IMG/VR virus record: IMGVR_UViG_3300025437_000011
Coordinates: 44,476 to 108,475 of that record
Reading direction: 5' to 3' (one strand)
Source: a virus
Length of the DNA: 64,000 nucleotides
Position numbers and translations under genes: made by a program. Positions 9,690 through 20,346 of this stretch are shown here, one piece after another. The stretch's first letter is position 1. Each line of letters starts with the position of its first letter. The notes beneath the pieces are model-generated. The model saw only the letters and a program-made list of their open reading frames with translations. It searched no databases and had not been told where the DNA came from.

Positions 9690-10593
9690 AGTTTTATTTA
9701 TAAACCATAAAAAACAAAAATGCGGAGTTTATCAGTTCGGTAAACTTACTTTTGAGGCAATAAGGTCTAGCAAAATTTTTGATTACAAATACGCAGAAGT
9801 AGAATCATTGCAGGAGTTTCAAAGCGCTTATATTAAAAATAGTCCGCATATAATACTATTTAATTATCATGATCAGACACAACCTTGGCTAACAGAACAA
9901 GTACTGAGTGAGCTACCATCTCATATAAAAAAAATAGCAATCGGTGGACATGATTGTTTTGCTAATTTTGATTCTATAGATATACAAATTATCCCCGATC
10001 CAACAATAACAGAAACAAATAAAATCAAAAAAGTTGATCGTTTAATTTTGGATTACGCCGCTATAGATGGCGTTATTCCTAACTCGGTTGGATCTTTTGG
10101 GTTTGGTTTTTTTGGGAAAGACTGGGGACGAATAATTCATATAGTTAACAGTTCTCCAGACATAAAATTATTAAGATTACATATTCCGTATAGTGATTTT
10201 GCCGACCCAAATGGACATACCTCTACATACATAGCAAACTCATGCCGCCAACTCCTTGATCCTAGGATACATTTAGATATTTCTCATGAGTTCATGAGCA
10301 TTCCTGATTTATTAAAATGGCTTTCAAGACATTCTATTAATATTTTTCCTTACGAAGAAATGAAAGGCAGGGGAATATCTTCTACAATTGATTTTGCACT
10401 TTCATGTAGAAGGCCTATCGGTATTTCTAAATCAGATATGTTTAGACATATATATCATAAACAAGAAATCTTGCTAGACAATAACTCCTTGCCTTCTATT
10501 ATTAATAGCGGAATATCGCCGCTAAAGGATTTTTATAAGTGGGACGCAAATAACCTAACAAATCAGTATGATAAAATACTATCTTCAATTTAA
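9682..10593 (+). CDS. GT-B glycosyltransferase
   Basis: CGVYQFG, SFGFGFFGK, RGISSTIDFALSCRRPI. Confidence 0.65.
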   Translation: MNKVLFINHKKQKCGVYQFGKLTFEAIRSSKIFDYKYAEVESLQEFQSAYIKNSPHIILFNYHDQTQPWLTEQVLSELPSHIKKIAIGGHDCFANFDSIDIQIIPDPTITETNKIKKVDRLILDYAAIDGVIPNSVGSFGFGFFGKDWGRIIHIVNSSPDIKLLRLHIPYSDFADPNGHTSTYIANSCRQLLDPRIHLDISHEFMSIPDLLKWLSRHSINIFPYEEMKGRGISSTIDFALSCRRPIGISKSDMFRHIYHKQEILLDNNSLPSIINSGISPLKDFYKWDANNLTNQYDKILSSI

Positions 10594-10635
10594 TTTGATT
10601 TAGTTATTAAACATATATATTATATATTACACAAT

Positions 10636-10998
10636 ATGGCGAACAGAAGAAAAACTATATTTTGTGATATAGATGGAACTCTAATAAAACACTTCCCCCC
10701 CTCTATTACTGCAAAAAATAAACATTCAATAAAACCACTAAAAGGCACTCTAGATAAATTTTTGCAATGGGAAAGAGAAGGTCACTGTATAGTTTTAATA
10801 ACCGCAAGAAAAGAATGTACCAGAAATCAAACAGAAAAGCAGCTAGCTAATGCAGGGATTTTTTATGATAATTTAATTATGGGCATAGGTTCGGGTGAAA
10901 GATATTTAATAAATGATAAAAAAATAGATAGTGACGCCGATACTGCTTTTGCTATAAATATAGCAAGAAATCAGGGTATAGCCGATGTTTCTATTTAA
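10636..10998 (+). CDS. HAD-family phosphatase
   Basis: CDIDGTL, ITAR, YLINDK. Confidence 0.85.
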   Translation: MANRRKTIFCDIDGTLIKHFPPSITAKNKHSIKPLKGTLDKFLQWEREGHCIVLITARKECTRNQTEKQLANAGIFYDNLIMGIGSGERYLINDKKIDSDADTAFAINIARNQGIADVSI

Positions 10999-10999
10999 A

Positions 11000-11671
11000 A
11001 TGAAAAATAATTATATTATTGGTATTTCTGGCGCGTCTGGAGTAGGAAAGACTACTCTTGCAAATTTAATTTCCTTGCTATTTAATAGAGATGAGGTATT
11101 AATTTTAAGTGGTGATGATTTACACAAATGGGAAAGGCATAGTACAAACTGGAATACATATACACACTTTCATCCCGAAGCAAACAACTTGTCTTTAGGC
11201 TTTTCCGATTTACAAAATTTAAAGAGTGGCAATTCCATAAAAAGAAAAACTTATAATCACGATACGGGATTTTTCGATGAGTATCAGCACTTTAGCCCAA
11301 AACCATATATAATATATGAAGGTCTGCATTCTTTATATGGAGAAGATATTTTAAATTTAATTGACTTAAAAATATTCATAGATACCGATAATGAATTGAC
11401 TAACGAGTGGAAAATTAAAAGAGATATTTTAAAAAGAGGATATACTACACAGCAAGTACAAGAAACAATAATTAGAAGACAGGAGGATAGACTAAAATAT
11501 ATACTTCCACAAAAAAATAACTCTGATGTAGTTTTTACTTTTAAAAAATATCATAATAAAGTTGTTTTAGATTATATATTAATTAACGAACATCATGAGG
11601 ATATAGTAAAAAAAATCAAACATCTACATGATAGTCTGGTTCCAAGTCTTGGTGATGTTACAATTATTTAA
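11000..11671 (+). CDS. phosphoribulokinase/uridine kinase family protein
   Basis: GISGASGVGKTT, GDDLHKWER, HPEANNL, YNHDTG, EGLH. Confidence 0.8.
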   Translation: MKNNYIIGISGASGVGKTTLANLISLLFNRDEVLILSGDDLHKWERHSTNWNTYTHFHPEANNLSLGFSDLQNLKSGNSIKRKTYNHDTGFFDEYQHFSPKPYIIYEGLHSLYGEDILNLIDLKIFIDTDNELTNEWKIKRDILKRGYTTQQVQETIIRRQEDRLKYILPQKNNSDVVFTFKKYHNKVVLDYILINEHHEDIVKKIKHLHDSLVPSLGDVTII

Positions 11672-11716
11672 ACTTTAGACAAATATCCCTGAACAGATTA
11701 TAATTCATATTAATTT

Positions 11717-12556
11717 ATGAAAATTATAATTCCAATGGCCGGAACTGGGGATAGGTTTGTAAAAAAAGGATACAAAGAACCCAAGCCTCTTATTAAGGTA
11801 GCCGGAAAGAGAATTATCGAATATATCTTAGATATGTTTTCCCCAACAGAAGATGAAATTATATTTATTTGCAACAACAAGCATATCGAGGAGACAAATA
11901 TGGAAACTGAGCTTAAAAAGCTAGTACCAAATTGTAAAATTGTTTCCATACCTCCACACAAAAAAGGCCCAGTTCACACCGTAAAATACGCTTTCAATCT
12001 TATTGAAGACGATGAGCATGTTATAGTATCATATTGCGACAATCCGTTAGTATGGGATAGGTCAGATTTTGAGTTAAGTGTAAGCAAACTTGCTCTAGAC
12101 GGTTGCGTCCTAACACACACAGGATTTCATCCACACACATTAAATAATACTAAAATGGCTTTTCTAAAAACCGAAAATGGTTTAATGACAGAAATAAAAG
12201 AAAAAGAATGTTATACAGATAATCCAATGAACGAGCATGCGTCTACTGGTATTTACTATTTTAATACCGGAGCAATTTTGAAAAAATATTTTCAAGAAAT
12301 AATTGATTTGGATATTAACCATAATGGAGAATACTATGTAACGTTAGTATATAACCTATTACAGCGCGATGGTCTAAGGGTTGGGTACTATGATACACCT
12401 CATGTTACGGTTTTTGGCACCCCAGAAGAAGTAGAAAATTTTGAGGCATGGAATAATATTATTACAGGCGGTCAAATAAAAAATGAAAAAGATTTAATAA
12501 ATTGCTATAATTACTGGAAGAATTATCGAAACTTTAATACTAAAAATATTCTATGA
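11717..12556 (+). CDS. sugar-phosphate nucleotidyltransferase
   Basis: IIPMAGTGDRF...PKPLI, EK, NGEYYV, FGTPEE. Confidence 0.85.
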   Translation: MKIIIPMAGTGDRFVKKGYKEPKPLIKVAGKRIIEYILDMFSPTEDEIIFICNNKHIEETNMETELKKLVPNCKIVSIPPHKKGPVHTVKYAFNLIEDDEHVIVSYCDNPLVWDRSDFELSVSKLALDGCVLTHTGFHPHTLNNTKMAFLKTENGLMTEIKEKECYTDNPMNEHASTGIYYFNTGAILKKYFQEIIDLDINHNGEYYVTLVYNLLQRDGLRVGYYDTPHVTVFGTPEEVENFEAWNNIITGGQIKNEKDLINCYNYWKNYRNFNTKNIL

Positions 12557-12996
12557 TAAAAATATCCCATCGTGGTAATATCAACAATATTGACCATACC
12601 AGAGAAAACAGTCCGTCATATATAGACGAGGCAATTCGTATGGGGTATGATGTAGAAATAGATATAAGATTTATAAACGATCAATTATATCTTGGGCATG
12701 ATATACCAGAGTATAAAATTGATATTAACTTCCTAACAAAAAGGAAAGATAACTTATGGGTACATACTAAAGATTTTAAATCCTTAAGTAGATTAATTAG
12801 TTTGCCTTTAAGAATTTTCTTTCACGAAAAAGAAGCACACACTATTATTCATAATACAAATTTAATATGGTCTCATAATCTTAATGAGTCAAATGAAAAT
12901 TCTATTATACCCCTTCTAACAAGACAGTCAATTTCAGAGTCTAGTAAATATATGCACGTATATGGAATATGCTCAGATTTTGTTGGTTTAATTTGA
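12553..12996 (+). CDS. glycerophosphodiester phosphodiesterase-like protein
   Basis: ISHRGN, ENSP, DVEIDI, LGHD, GICSD. Confidence 0.75.
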   Translation: MIKISHRGNINNIDHTRENSPSYIDEAIRMGYDVEIDIRFINDQLYLGHDIPEYKIDINFLTKRKDNLWVHTKDFKSLSRLISLPLRIFFHEKEAHTIIHNTNLIWSHNLNESNENSIIPLLTRQSISESSKYMHVYGICSDFVGLI

Positions 12997-13013
12997 TAAT
13001 ATAAATATATAAT

Positions 13014-13790
13014 ATGGATGCGATAATTCAGGGGCCAATATACGTAAATGACACTCCTAGTGTTATTTATAATTTATTAAATACGTCTTTTATTGATCGG
13101 GTAATCGTTTCTTGCTGGGAAAGTTGCCCAGATATATTTCCCCTTAATGACCGAGTGATAGTTATTAAAAATAAACCCAATGCTAATTCTGGGTATCAAA
13201 ACAGAAACTTACAAATTCAATCTACAAAAGCTGGTTTAGAAAAAGTAACTTCAGAATATTGTGCAAAATTTAGATCTGACCAGATAATTGCAATATCAAG
13301 TTTAGAAATGATGAATAGATTCTTTCATAAGTTTAAAGAATCTAATCTTAGATATACCAATGGTCTCAAACCGAAATCTAAAATTTTTGTTTGTGGAGAT
13401 TTTTGGCCATTACCATTTCATCCAAGAGATCATGTTTATTGGTCGGACACAGAAAGCATGAAAGTTTTATTTAGTTTGCCGTATGATGAATCACCAAAAT
13501 TTGATACGGAGCGCTTTAATGAGGCAACACGCGCAGAAACATATATTGGTAGTTACTATTATGCAAAATTTAATAGTGAGATCTATAAAATGATCGAACA
13601 GCAAGGTACTTACCTATGGGATAACGCCCCCAAAAGAAACGAGGCATTAGAACTATCACTTTCGATGAAAGACGAAGTTTTTAAAGTATTCCCAAGAATT
13701 GAGATGACTTGGCCCAAATATAATATCTACGGATATAAATATAATGAGCAATCAGTATGGGAAAGATGGCACGATGAAAAATGGGACTAA
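13014..13790 (+). CDS. WavE-like LPS synthesis / glycosyltransferase
   Basis: IIQGP, NRNLQIQSTKAGL, KFRSD, FHPRDH. Confidence 0.75.
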   Translation: MDAIIQGPIYVNDTPSVIYNLLNTSFIDRVIVSCWESCPDIFPLNDRVIVIKNKPNANSGYQNRNLQIQSTKAGLEKVTSEYCAKFRSDQIIAISSLEMMNRFFHKFKESNLRYTNGLKPKSKIFVCGDFWPLPFHPRDHVYWSDTESMKVLFSLPYDESPKFDTERFNEATRAETYIGSYYYAKFNSEIYKMIEQQGTYLWDNAPKRNEALELSLSMKDEVFKVFPRIEMTWPKYNIYGYKYNEQSVWERWHDEKWD

Positions 13791-13895
13791 TATGAAGACA
13801 GTTTTTATTACTACATATTCTTCCAGAAGAAATTTTAAAGAAAAAAGTTTATTTTAGATTTAAATTATTGTATACTGTAGTATATAAACACGCTT

Positions 13896-15140
13896 ATGAA
13901 TATCAAATATAGACAAACTTGCAGAATTTGTGGGAACCCTAATTTAGCACCAGTAATAGACTTGGGGAACCAGTATTTTCAAGGGTCTTTTATTAAAGAT
14001 GGCGTTACACCTCCTGCCACAAGAAAAACGCCCAACTTGATTGTTCGATGCGATACATCTAAATTCGAAGATGCGTGTGGTCTAATACAAACGCGTCATT
14101 CCGTCCCTGCTGATATATTATACAGCAACTATTGGTATCAGTCTGGTATCAGTAATACAATGAGAACTCATCTTAAAAATATTGTAGACGAATGCCTTAA
14201 AATTACCAATCTCTCCGAGGGTACTGTTCTAGATATAGCGTCAAATGACAACACTCTTTTAAGAAACTACCCCACAACTTTTAAAAAAGTTGGCGTTGAC
14301 CCCTCTGATATTGCAGGAAAACAAACTGATGAAGACATAAGAGTTATCAATACTGTTTTTCCTACGGAGAAACTTACAAATGAAAAGTTTGATATTGTAA
14401 CTTCCATAGCATGTTATTATGACGTTGAAGATCCAAAGTTTTTTGCTGAACAGGTGAGAGATCATTTAAATAATGATGGTATCTGGGTTTTTGAAGTTGC
14501 CTATTGGCCGCTAATGTTATCTAACCTATCTTATGATAGTATTGTTAATGAACATATTATTCACTATCACCTCGCCCCACTGGAGATCATGATGAATAAA
14601 ATAGGACTAAAAATTTTTAATGCAAGGAAAACCACTACAAATGGTGGAAGCATAATGGTATATATTTGCAAGTCTGAAAATACGAAATATGATCTAAAGG
14701 AAAACAAGGAGCGCCTCTTGACATTAAGACTAGAAGAATTTAATTCGGCTCTGGATGAGGAAAGCACTTATGTACTTTTTAGAGAAAAAGTCGAACAACA
14801 AAAAAATGATTTGCAATCTTTAATTAAAAAGATCCAAGCCGAAGGTAAAACCGTGCACATCTATGGTGCATCAACAAAACTTAACACCATTTTAGGATAT
14901 TGCGACCTTGGCCCAGAGTCAATAGAATATGCGGCAGAACGTAGTCCAGATAAATTTGGCGCAAAAACCATTAGCGGAATTAAACTTATTTCCGAAGAGG
15001 AGAGTCGCGCAATGAAACCAGATTATTATTTAGTTGGCCCATATCATTTTAAAGAAGAAATTCTAGCAAGAGAACAAGATACCATAAATTCTGGCACAAA
15101 GTTTATTTTCCCACTACCCACTGTGACAATAGTTGGATGA
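13896..15140 (+). CDS. NDP-sugar C-methyltransferase
   Basis: CRICG zinc site, DIASNDNTLL, DSIVNEH, GGS, YGASTK. Confidence 0.85.
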   Translation: MNIKYRQTCRICGNPNLAPVIDLGNQYFQGSFIKDGVTPPATRKTPNLIVRCDTSKFEDACGLIQTRHSVPADILYSNYWYQSGISNTMRTHLKNIVDECLKITNLSEGTVLDIASNDNTLLRNYPTTFKKVGVDPSDIAGKQTDEDIRVINTVFPTEKLTNEKFDIVTSIACYYDVEDPKFFAEQVRDHLNNDGIWVFEVAYWPLMLSNLSYDSIVNEHIIHYHLAPLEIMMNKIGLKIFNARKTTTNGGSIMVYICKSENTKYDLKENKERLLTLRLEEFNSALDEESTYVLFREKVEQQKNDLQSLIKKIQAEGKTVHIYGASTKLNTILGYCDLGPESIEYAAERSPDKFGAKTISGIKLISEEESRAMKPDYYLVGPYHFKEEILAREQDTINSGTKFIFPLPTVTIVG

Positions 15141-15496
15141 TGAAAATAAATCTACCAGAAGGTTATATATTTGATATACTTTCAATTTACCAAATAAAAT
15201 ATTCTAAATCAGCGCAATCTGAAGGTAATCTTAATTTAAGAAATTTTAATAATTTATTAAATGAAATAAAATCTCAGATAGGAAATAATCAAACTGATAT
15301 TATAATTAATAGCCAAGAATATGCCAATTTATTAAAAGCTAATTTAGAAACATTTGAATTAGTTGACGCAGTTAAAGTTAACCCATGCCTCGGAAAGGAA
15401 GTTGATGAATCTAACTATAATAGATTTTTAGCAAAAAAAACCCTACAAGAAAAATATTTTAATTCAACATATTCAGAAACCAAAATAGGTTATTAG
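15137..15496 (+). CDS. hypothetical protein
   Basis: ATGA overlap; DILSIYQIK...NYNRF pattern. Confidence 0.65.
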   Translation: MMKINLPEGYIFDILSIYQIKYSKSAQSEGNLNLRNFNNLLNEIKSQIGNNQTDIIINSQEYANLLKANLETFELVDAVKVNPCLGKEVDESNYNRFLAKKTLQEKYFNSTYSETKIGY

Positions 15497-15498
15497 AA

Positions 15499-15912
15499 AT
15501 GAAGTTTAAAAATATATACGGCAGAGAGGTTAATAAAAATATTACTCCCTATATTGTTGATTGGCAAGAAGTTAGAGGAAGTAAAGCCCAGTTTAATGTT
15601 AAAAAATTTCTAGAACAGTTTTGGGTTGGTCATATTGTGTGTGAAGAATTTCCAGTGGCCGGGTCAAGAATGCGTTGCGACCTGATTAATTTTACAAAAA
15701 AAATTGCCGTGGAGACTCATGGGCAACAGCATGATAAGTTCGTGCCATTCTTCCATAAAACTAGAACAAACTTTAAAAAGAGCTTTAAGCGTGATCTGGT
15801 TAAGTATAACTGGTTAGAATTAAATGGTTTTAAGGTTATAGAGATTTTTGATAACGAAATCACCAATTTAAGCCAAGAATGGATAAAAGAAAAGTTTGAT
15901 ATTGAAATTTAA
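15499..15912 (+). CDS. PD-(D/E)XK endonuclease (Vsr/DUF559-like)
   Basis: EEFPV...CDL...AVETHGQQH...RDLVK...LELNGF. Confidence 0.75.
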   Translation: MKFKNIYGREVNKNITPYIVDWQEVRGSKAQFNVKKFLEQFWVGHIVCEEFPVAGSRMRCDLINFTKKIAVETHGQQHDKFVPFFHKTRTNFKKSFKRDLVKYNWLELNGFKVIEIFDNEITNLSQEWIKEKFDIEI

Positions 15913-15936
15913 ATCAAACCGTGGTATCATTGTAGA

Positions 15937-16545
15937 ATGAATACCTTTTATATAGGAATAAGTGGAGTAGCCAGAGCGGGTAAAGATAGTTTTTCTGATA
16001 TGTTATTGGACAGAATAAAGGCATCGGGCTTTAACGTCAAGCGACTATCTTTGGCAACCCCACTAAAGAATGACTGTAAGCACTTTATAAGTGAAAAGTT
16101 GGGACTTGATGTGTGGACAAACAATACTGAAGAAAAATCTATTTTTAGAGAGCTTTTGGTTTGGTATGGCAAGGTAAAGCGCCAGCAGACGCAGGGCAAA
16201 TATTGGACTTCCCTATTAGAAAATGAAGTAGAGATTGCGCCACCAGAGGTTTGTATTATTTCCGATATTCGTTACCAACAATATGAAGAGGATGAAGTTC
16301 ATTGGCTAAAGAATAAAATGAATGGCGTTTTAATTCATGTTGAGAGAACAGATATAGATGGAAAGGTAGTTCCTCCTGCCAATATGGATGAGACAATTAA
16401 TGATTCAATCGTTAAAGAGCATGCAGACTATCGTGTTTCGTGGCCAACAGTTGGTGCCGAAGATCTTTATACTCTCGACATCTATGCAAAAAAGGCTTAT
16501 GATTCTGTAATCCGAGAAAAACTATATGCAGCAAAAAATTCGTAG
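15937..16545 (+). CDS. deoxynucleoside monophosphate kinase
   Basis: GISGVARAGKD, LATPLK, RELLVWYG, ISDIRY. Confidence 0.8.
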   Translation: MNTFYIGISGVARAGKDSFSDMLLDRIKASGFNVKRLSLATPLKNDCKHFISEKLGLDVWTNNTEEKSIFRELLVWYGKVKRQQTQGKYWTSLLENEVEIAPPEVCIISDIRYQQYEEDEVHWLKNKMNGVLIHVERTDIDGKVVPPANMDETINDSIVKEHADYRVSWPTVGAEDLYTLDIYAKKAYDSVIREKLYAAKNS

Positions 16546-18016
16546 TGTTAATGTAGAAAAGCATGTTCTGGCCGGGTTCATTAAGCACCCGCAGTCATAT
16601 CATGATGTGGCTCACTTTATCAATGAGCAAGACTTTACGAATGGTCACAAGACTATTTTTGGTGTGATTAAAAATCAAATTATTCACAACCAGCCACTTG
16701 ATCCAGTCATTCTTTCAGAGAAGATTAAGAACTTGGGAATTAGCTTTAATAAGCCTGATTTCAATATTTTTGATTATATTGAGAGCCTGACCTTCCTAAA
16801 GATTAGTCAGAAGTCTCTGCTTGAAGCATGCAAGGAGTTAAAGACAGTTACTATTCGCAGGGAAATTTGTGAGACCTCTCAACAGATTCAAGAGGCAATG
16901 GCAAATGCTGGAGATCAGAGTCCAGACAAGATTATTAGCTTGGCCGATAAGATGTACAATGATAAGATTAGTGCATATGATTTAGATGTTAAACCAGAAG
17001 ATCTTTTTGCCAATATTGAACAGATGATCGAAGAGAGGGCAAATGCCCCTGTTGATGAATTGGGATATATCACTCCATATAAGAATTTTAATCAGATGTA
17101 TGGTGGATTGCGGCCGGGCGAGTTATATGCTTGGGTTTCTAGACCAAAGCATGGTAAGTCAACAATTCTAAATGATATTGCAACCAAAGCAACAATCATT
17201 AATCCAAAGATGAGGGCACTTGTTTTAGATACTGAAATGCAAACGAATGTAATGAAGTTTCGTATTGCAAGCGCTATTACTGGAATTCCAATGTGGTATT
17301 TAGAGACTGGTAACTTTAAGAATAATAAAGAATTACTTGCAAGATGGAACAGTAAAAAGACTGAGCTTTCCCTAATTCAAGGAAGGGTTAACCATATGCA
17401 AGTTGCTGGAAAACCAGTCGAAGAAATTGAATCAATCATTCAGCGTTGGTATCTGAGCGAAGTCGGAAGAGGTAATCCCGCAATCGTGGTTTATGATTAC
17501 ATAAAGCTAACAGGAGAGGCTGGTAATGGAAATAAACAGGAATATCAATTAATTGGAGATAAGGTTGATTCATTAAAGAACCTATCAGTTCGCTTGAATA
17601 TTCCACTTCTTACAGCTTGTCAGTTAAATCGTAGCGCTGAGAATGGTACTGATGATAGTTCCGCAATCGCGCAGAGTGACCGTCTACAATGGTTTGCCGC
17701 TTATGTTGGAATCTTTAGAAGGAAGACCCTTGAGGAACAGGCAGAAGATGGCGCACATTATGGAACCCATAAGATGATTGAATTAGCGGCACGTTACCAA
17801 GGTAAGCATGCTCATGGTCATAGCGACCTTGTTAAAGTTCGGGAGGGTAATCAAGTTAAATATAAGAAAAACTTTATTTCTTTTGAGGTTAATAACTTTA
17901 ACGTAACCGAGAAAGCAACCCTTCAAGATATTGTTGATTCTAAAAATGGAATTAAAGTTGACGTATTCGACAGAGACTATAAGGAAGAAGATGGGGAGGA
18001 TGACAACCTACTATGA
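16526..18016 (+). CDS. dnaB: replicative DnaB-like helicase
   Basis: GGLRPGEL, SRPKHGKS, DTEM, YDYIKL, CQLNR. Confidence 0.9.
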   Translation: MQQKIRSVNVEKHVLAGFIKHPQSYHDVAHFINEQDFTNGHKTIFGVIKNQIIHNQPLDPVILSEKIKNLGISFNKPDFNIFDYIESLTFLKISQKSLLEACKELKTVTIRREICETSQQIQEAMANAGDQSPDKIISLADKMYNDKISAYDLDVKPEDLFANIEQMIEERANAPVDELGYITPYKNFNQMYGGLRPGELYAWVSRPKHGKSTILNDIATKATIINPKMRALVLDTEMQTNVMKFRIASAITGIPMWYLETGNFKNNKELLARWNSKKTELSLIQGRVNHMQVAGKPVEEIESIIQRWYLSEVGRGNPAIVVYDYIKLTGEAGNGNKQEYQLIGDKVDSLKNLSVRLNIPLLTACQLNRSAENGTDDSSAIAQSDRLQWFAAYVGIFRRKTLEEQAEDGAHYGTHKMIELAARYQGKHAHGHSDLVKVREGNQVKYKKNFISFEVNNFNVTEKATLQDIVDSKNGIKVDVFDRDYKEEDGEDDNLL

Positions 18017-18915
18017 ACTTAGTCGATATATTGAGAAATGCTGGTTGCAAGCCAACTAATCATGGAACATATATAACCTGTGCCGGAAAGTATCGTGGCG
18101 GCGATGACCCAACCTCTGTTGCCGTATATCCACAAACCGGAACTGTTCATGATTTTGTTACTAGTAAAACCATGTCTATTGAGGAATTTCTAAAGAAAAC
18201 CTTAAATCTAAAATCTCAAGATCAATTAAATAAAATACTATCTGGAACAAAAGAATATTATTCTTCCTGTTTTGCTGAACAGGATAATGATGATCCGTTT
18301 AATAAAACAACTAAATATTATTCAAGTGATGATATGCTTTCATTAGAGTGGGATCATTCTTACTGGAATGGTAGAAATATTTCCGATCAAACAGTAACCG
18401 CCTTTCAGGGCGGAGTTTGCAAGTCTGGAAAGATGGAGAATAGATATGTATTCCCAATTTTTAATTCAAGAAAAAAGATTGAAGGATTCTCTGGCAGAGA
18501 TATTACTGGAAAGTCAAAAATTAAGTGGAAGCATATTGGCAAAAAAAGCGACTGGGCTTATCCTCTATATTTTAGTCATAAGTATGTAACAGAACATGAT
18601 GAAATTATTTTAGTTGAGAGTATTGGAGATATGCTATCCTTATGGCAATGTGGGATTAGGAATATTGCAATAACATTCGGAACAGACATAGGTTCCGGAT
18701 TATTAAAAGCAGTCTTGCGTTTAGATCCAAAAAAGATTATTATTGCCACTAATAACGATGAGAACCAAGCTGGACAAAAAGCGGCGCAAAAGATCAAGTC
18801 AAAATTAATCGAGTTTTTTGATGAATCTCAAATTCAAATCTATCATCCGATCAAAAATGATTTTGGTGAACAAACCGAAGAAGAAAACTTAGCATGGTTA
18901 GAAAATATTAAATAA
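18013..18915 (+). CDS. dnaG: DNA primase (TOPRIM)
   Basis: RYVFPI, GFSGR, LVESIGD, ATNND...AGQKAA. Confidence 0.85.
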   Translation: MNLVDILRNAGCKPTNHGTYITCAGKYRGGDDPTSVAVYPQTGTVHDFVTSKTMSIEEFLKKTLNLKSQDQLNKILSGTKEYYSSCFAEQDNDDPFNKTTKYYSSDDMLSLEWDHSYWNGRNISDQTVTAFQGGVCKSGKMENRYVFPIFNSRKKIEGFSGRDITGKSKIKWKHIGKKSDWAYPLYFSHKYVTEHDEIILVESIGDMLSLWQCGIRNIAITFGTDIGSGLLKAVLRLDPKKIIIATNNDENQAGQKAAQKIKSKLIEFFDESQIQIYHPIKNDFGEQTEEENLAWLENIK

Positions 18916-18916
18916 T

Positions 18917-19405
18917 ATGAGACTTTCATTTGATGAATATGGAGCGCTTTTAGCCCTTGTAATTAAAAGCAGGTCAGAAGACCCTCACACACAGGTCGGA
19001 GGAGTAGCTTTTAATAATGAGAAAAGAATTAAATCAACTGGATATAATGGATTAAAATCTGGAATGATAATGCCCGAATGGATGAGACTAGAACATAATC
19101 GTGCCGAGAAGGGCGATTTGATGATTCATTGTGAAAGTAATTTGTGTTCAGGACTCACCAAAGGAGAATGCGATACTATATATTTAACTATTAGTCCATG
19201 CATAAAATGCTGTCAAAATATTGCGGCTTTAGATATTAAAAGAGTTATATATATCAAAGAATATACAAAATGTAATAAATATAAAGAGTTTCTATCCTTT
19301 CATGGTATAGGATATAGAGAACTCTCAGATCAAGAAAAACAAAATATTAAAAACTACTTAATAGATCATAATAATTTTCTTGAATTAGCCTTAAATAATG
19401 TGTAA
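18917..19405 (+). CDS. dCMP deaminase
   Basis: RSEDPHTQVG, TGYNG, HCESN, SPCIKC. Confidence 0.9.
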   Translation: MRLSFDEYGALLALVIKSRSEDPHTQVGGVAFNNEKRIKSTGYNGLKSGMIMPEWMRLEHNRAEKGDLMIHCESNLCSGLTKGECDTIYLTISPCIKCCQNIAALDIKRVIYIKEYTKCNKYKEFLSFHGIGYRELSDQEKQNIKNYLIDHNNFLELALNNV

Positions 19406-19413
19406 TATTGTAC

Positions 19414-20346
19414 ATGACTAAAACTCCAATTAAAAACTTATCTCAGACGATAAGGTCTTCTATAATAGACGATTATAAGTTAAATTATCTAACTCTAGAT
19501 AAATTGGCAGAGAAGTATAATTATAGTAATGTTGCTATAAGTAATTTTTTAAACTCTCAAAAAGTTAACAGAAGGAGTTTAACTGATTGTCATAGAAAAT
19601 ATTCTATTAATGAAAATTATTTCTCAAAAATAAACACAGAAGAAAAAGCCTATTTTTTAGGACTTTTATATGCCGATGGTTACCTAAATGAAAAACGACA
19701 TGCAATTTCACTGCAACTTCAGGAAAAAGATCGGGCAATACTAGATACCTTAAATAAATCTATAGGGTCTTCTCGCCCACTATTGTTTATTAATTCCAAG
19801 AAATATAATCCAAATTCATCCAACTGCTACAGGTTAAATATAACTAATAAAAAAATTACTGAAGATTTGCTTAATATTGGTATTTTTCAAAATAAAAGTT
19901 TATCATTAAAATTTCCTTCACGCAAAATAATTAGTAACCGTTTTTTGAATCATTTTATTCGCGGCTATTTTGATGGCGATGGATCCCAGTCTCTTTACTT
20001 TCCAAAGAGAAATAACCGTTCTAATAAATCAATGCAATCAGATATAAAAATATTATCTACTATTGAGTTTATTACCGAAGCTATTTTTAGAATGCAATCA
20101 GTAAATTCAAATTTGCAATTTTCAGTTACAAAAAGATTTAAAGACAATATAAATTGTTATAATTTAGTGGTTTCCGGAAATGCACAAGTTTTAGAATTTA
20201 TGTCGTATATATACAATAAATCTTCTATATATTTAAACAGAAAAAAGCAAAGATTTGAAGAATTTAAATCTATAGTTGCTAGTGGTAAAAATTGCAAAGC
20301 AAAGCAAAAACTAAATCTTATAAACACAAAGGCGGCTTCTGTATGA
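19414..20346 (+). mobile_element. free-standing LAGLIDADG homing endonuclease with N-terminal HTH
   Basis: AYFLGLLYADG and FIRGYFDGDGS motifs; C-terminal YLNRK. Confidence 0.9.

Noticed and set aside
19414-20346. LAGLIDADG as part of an intein or group I intron
   Set aside because: Flanking genes are complete and separate; no splice motifs or room for an intron core
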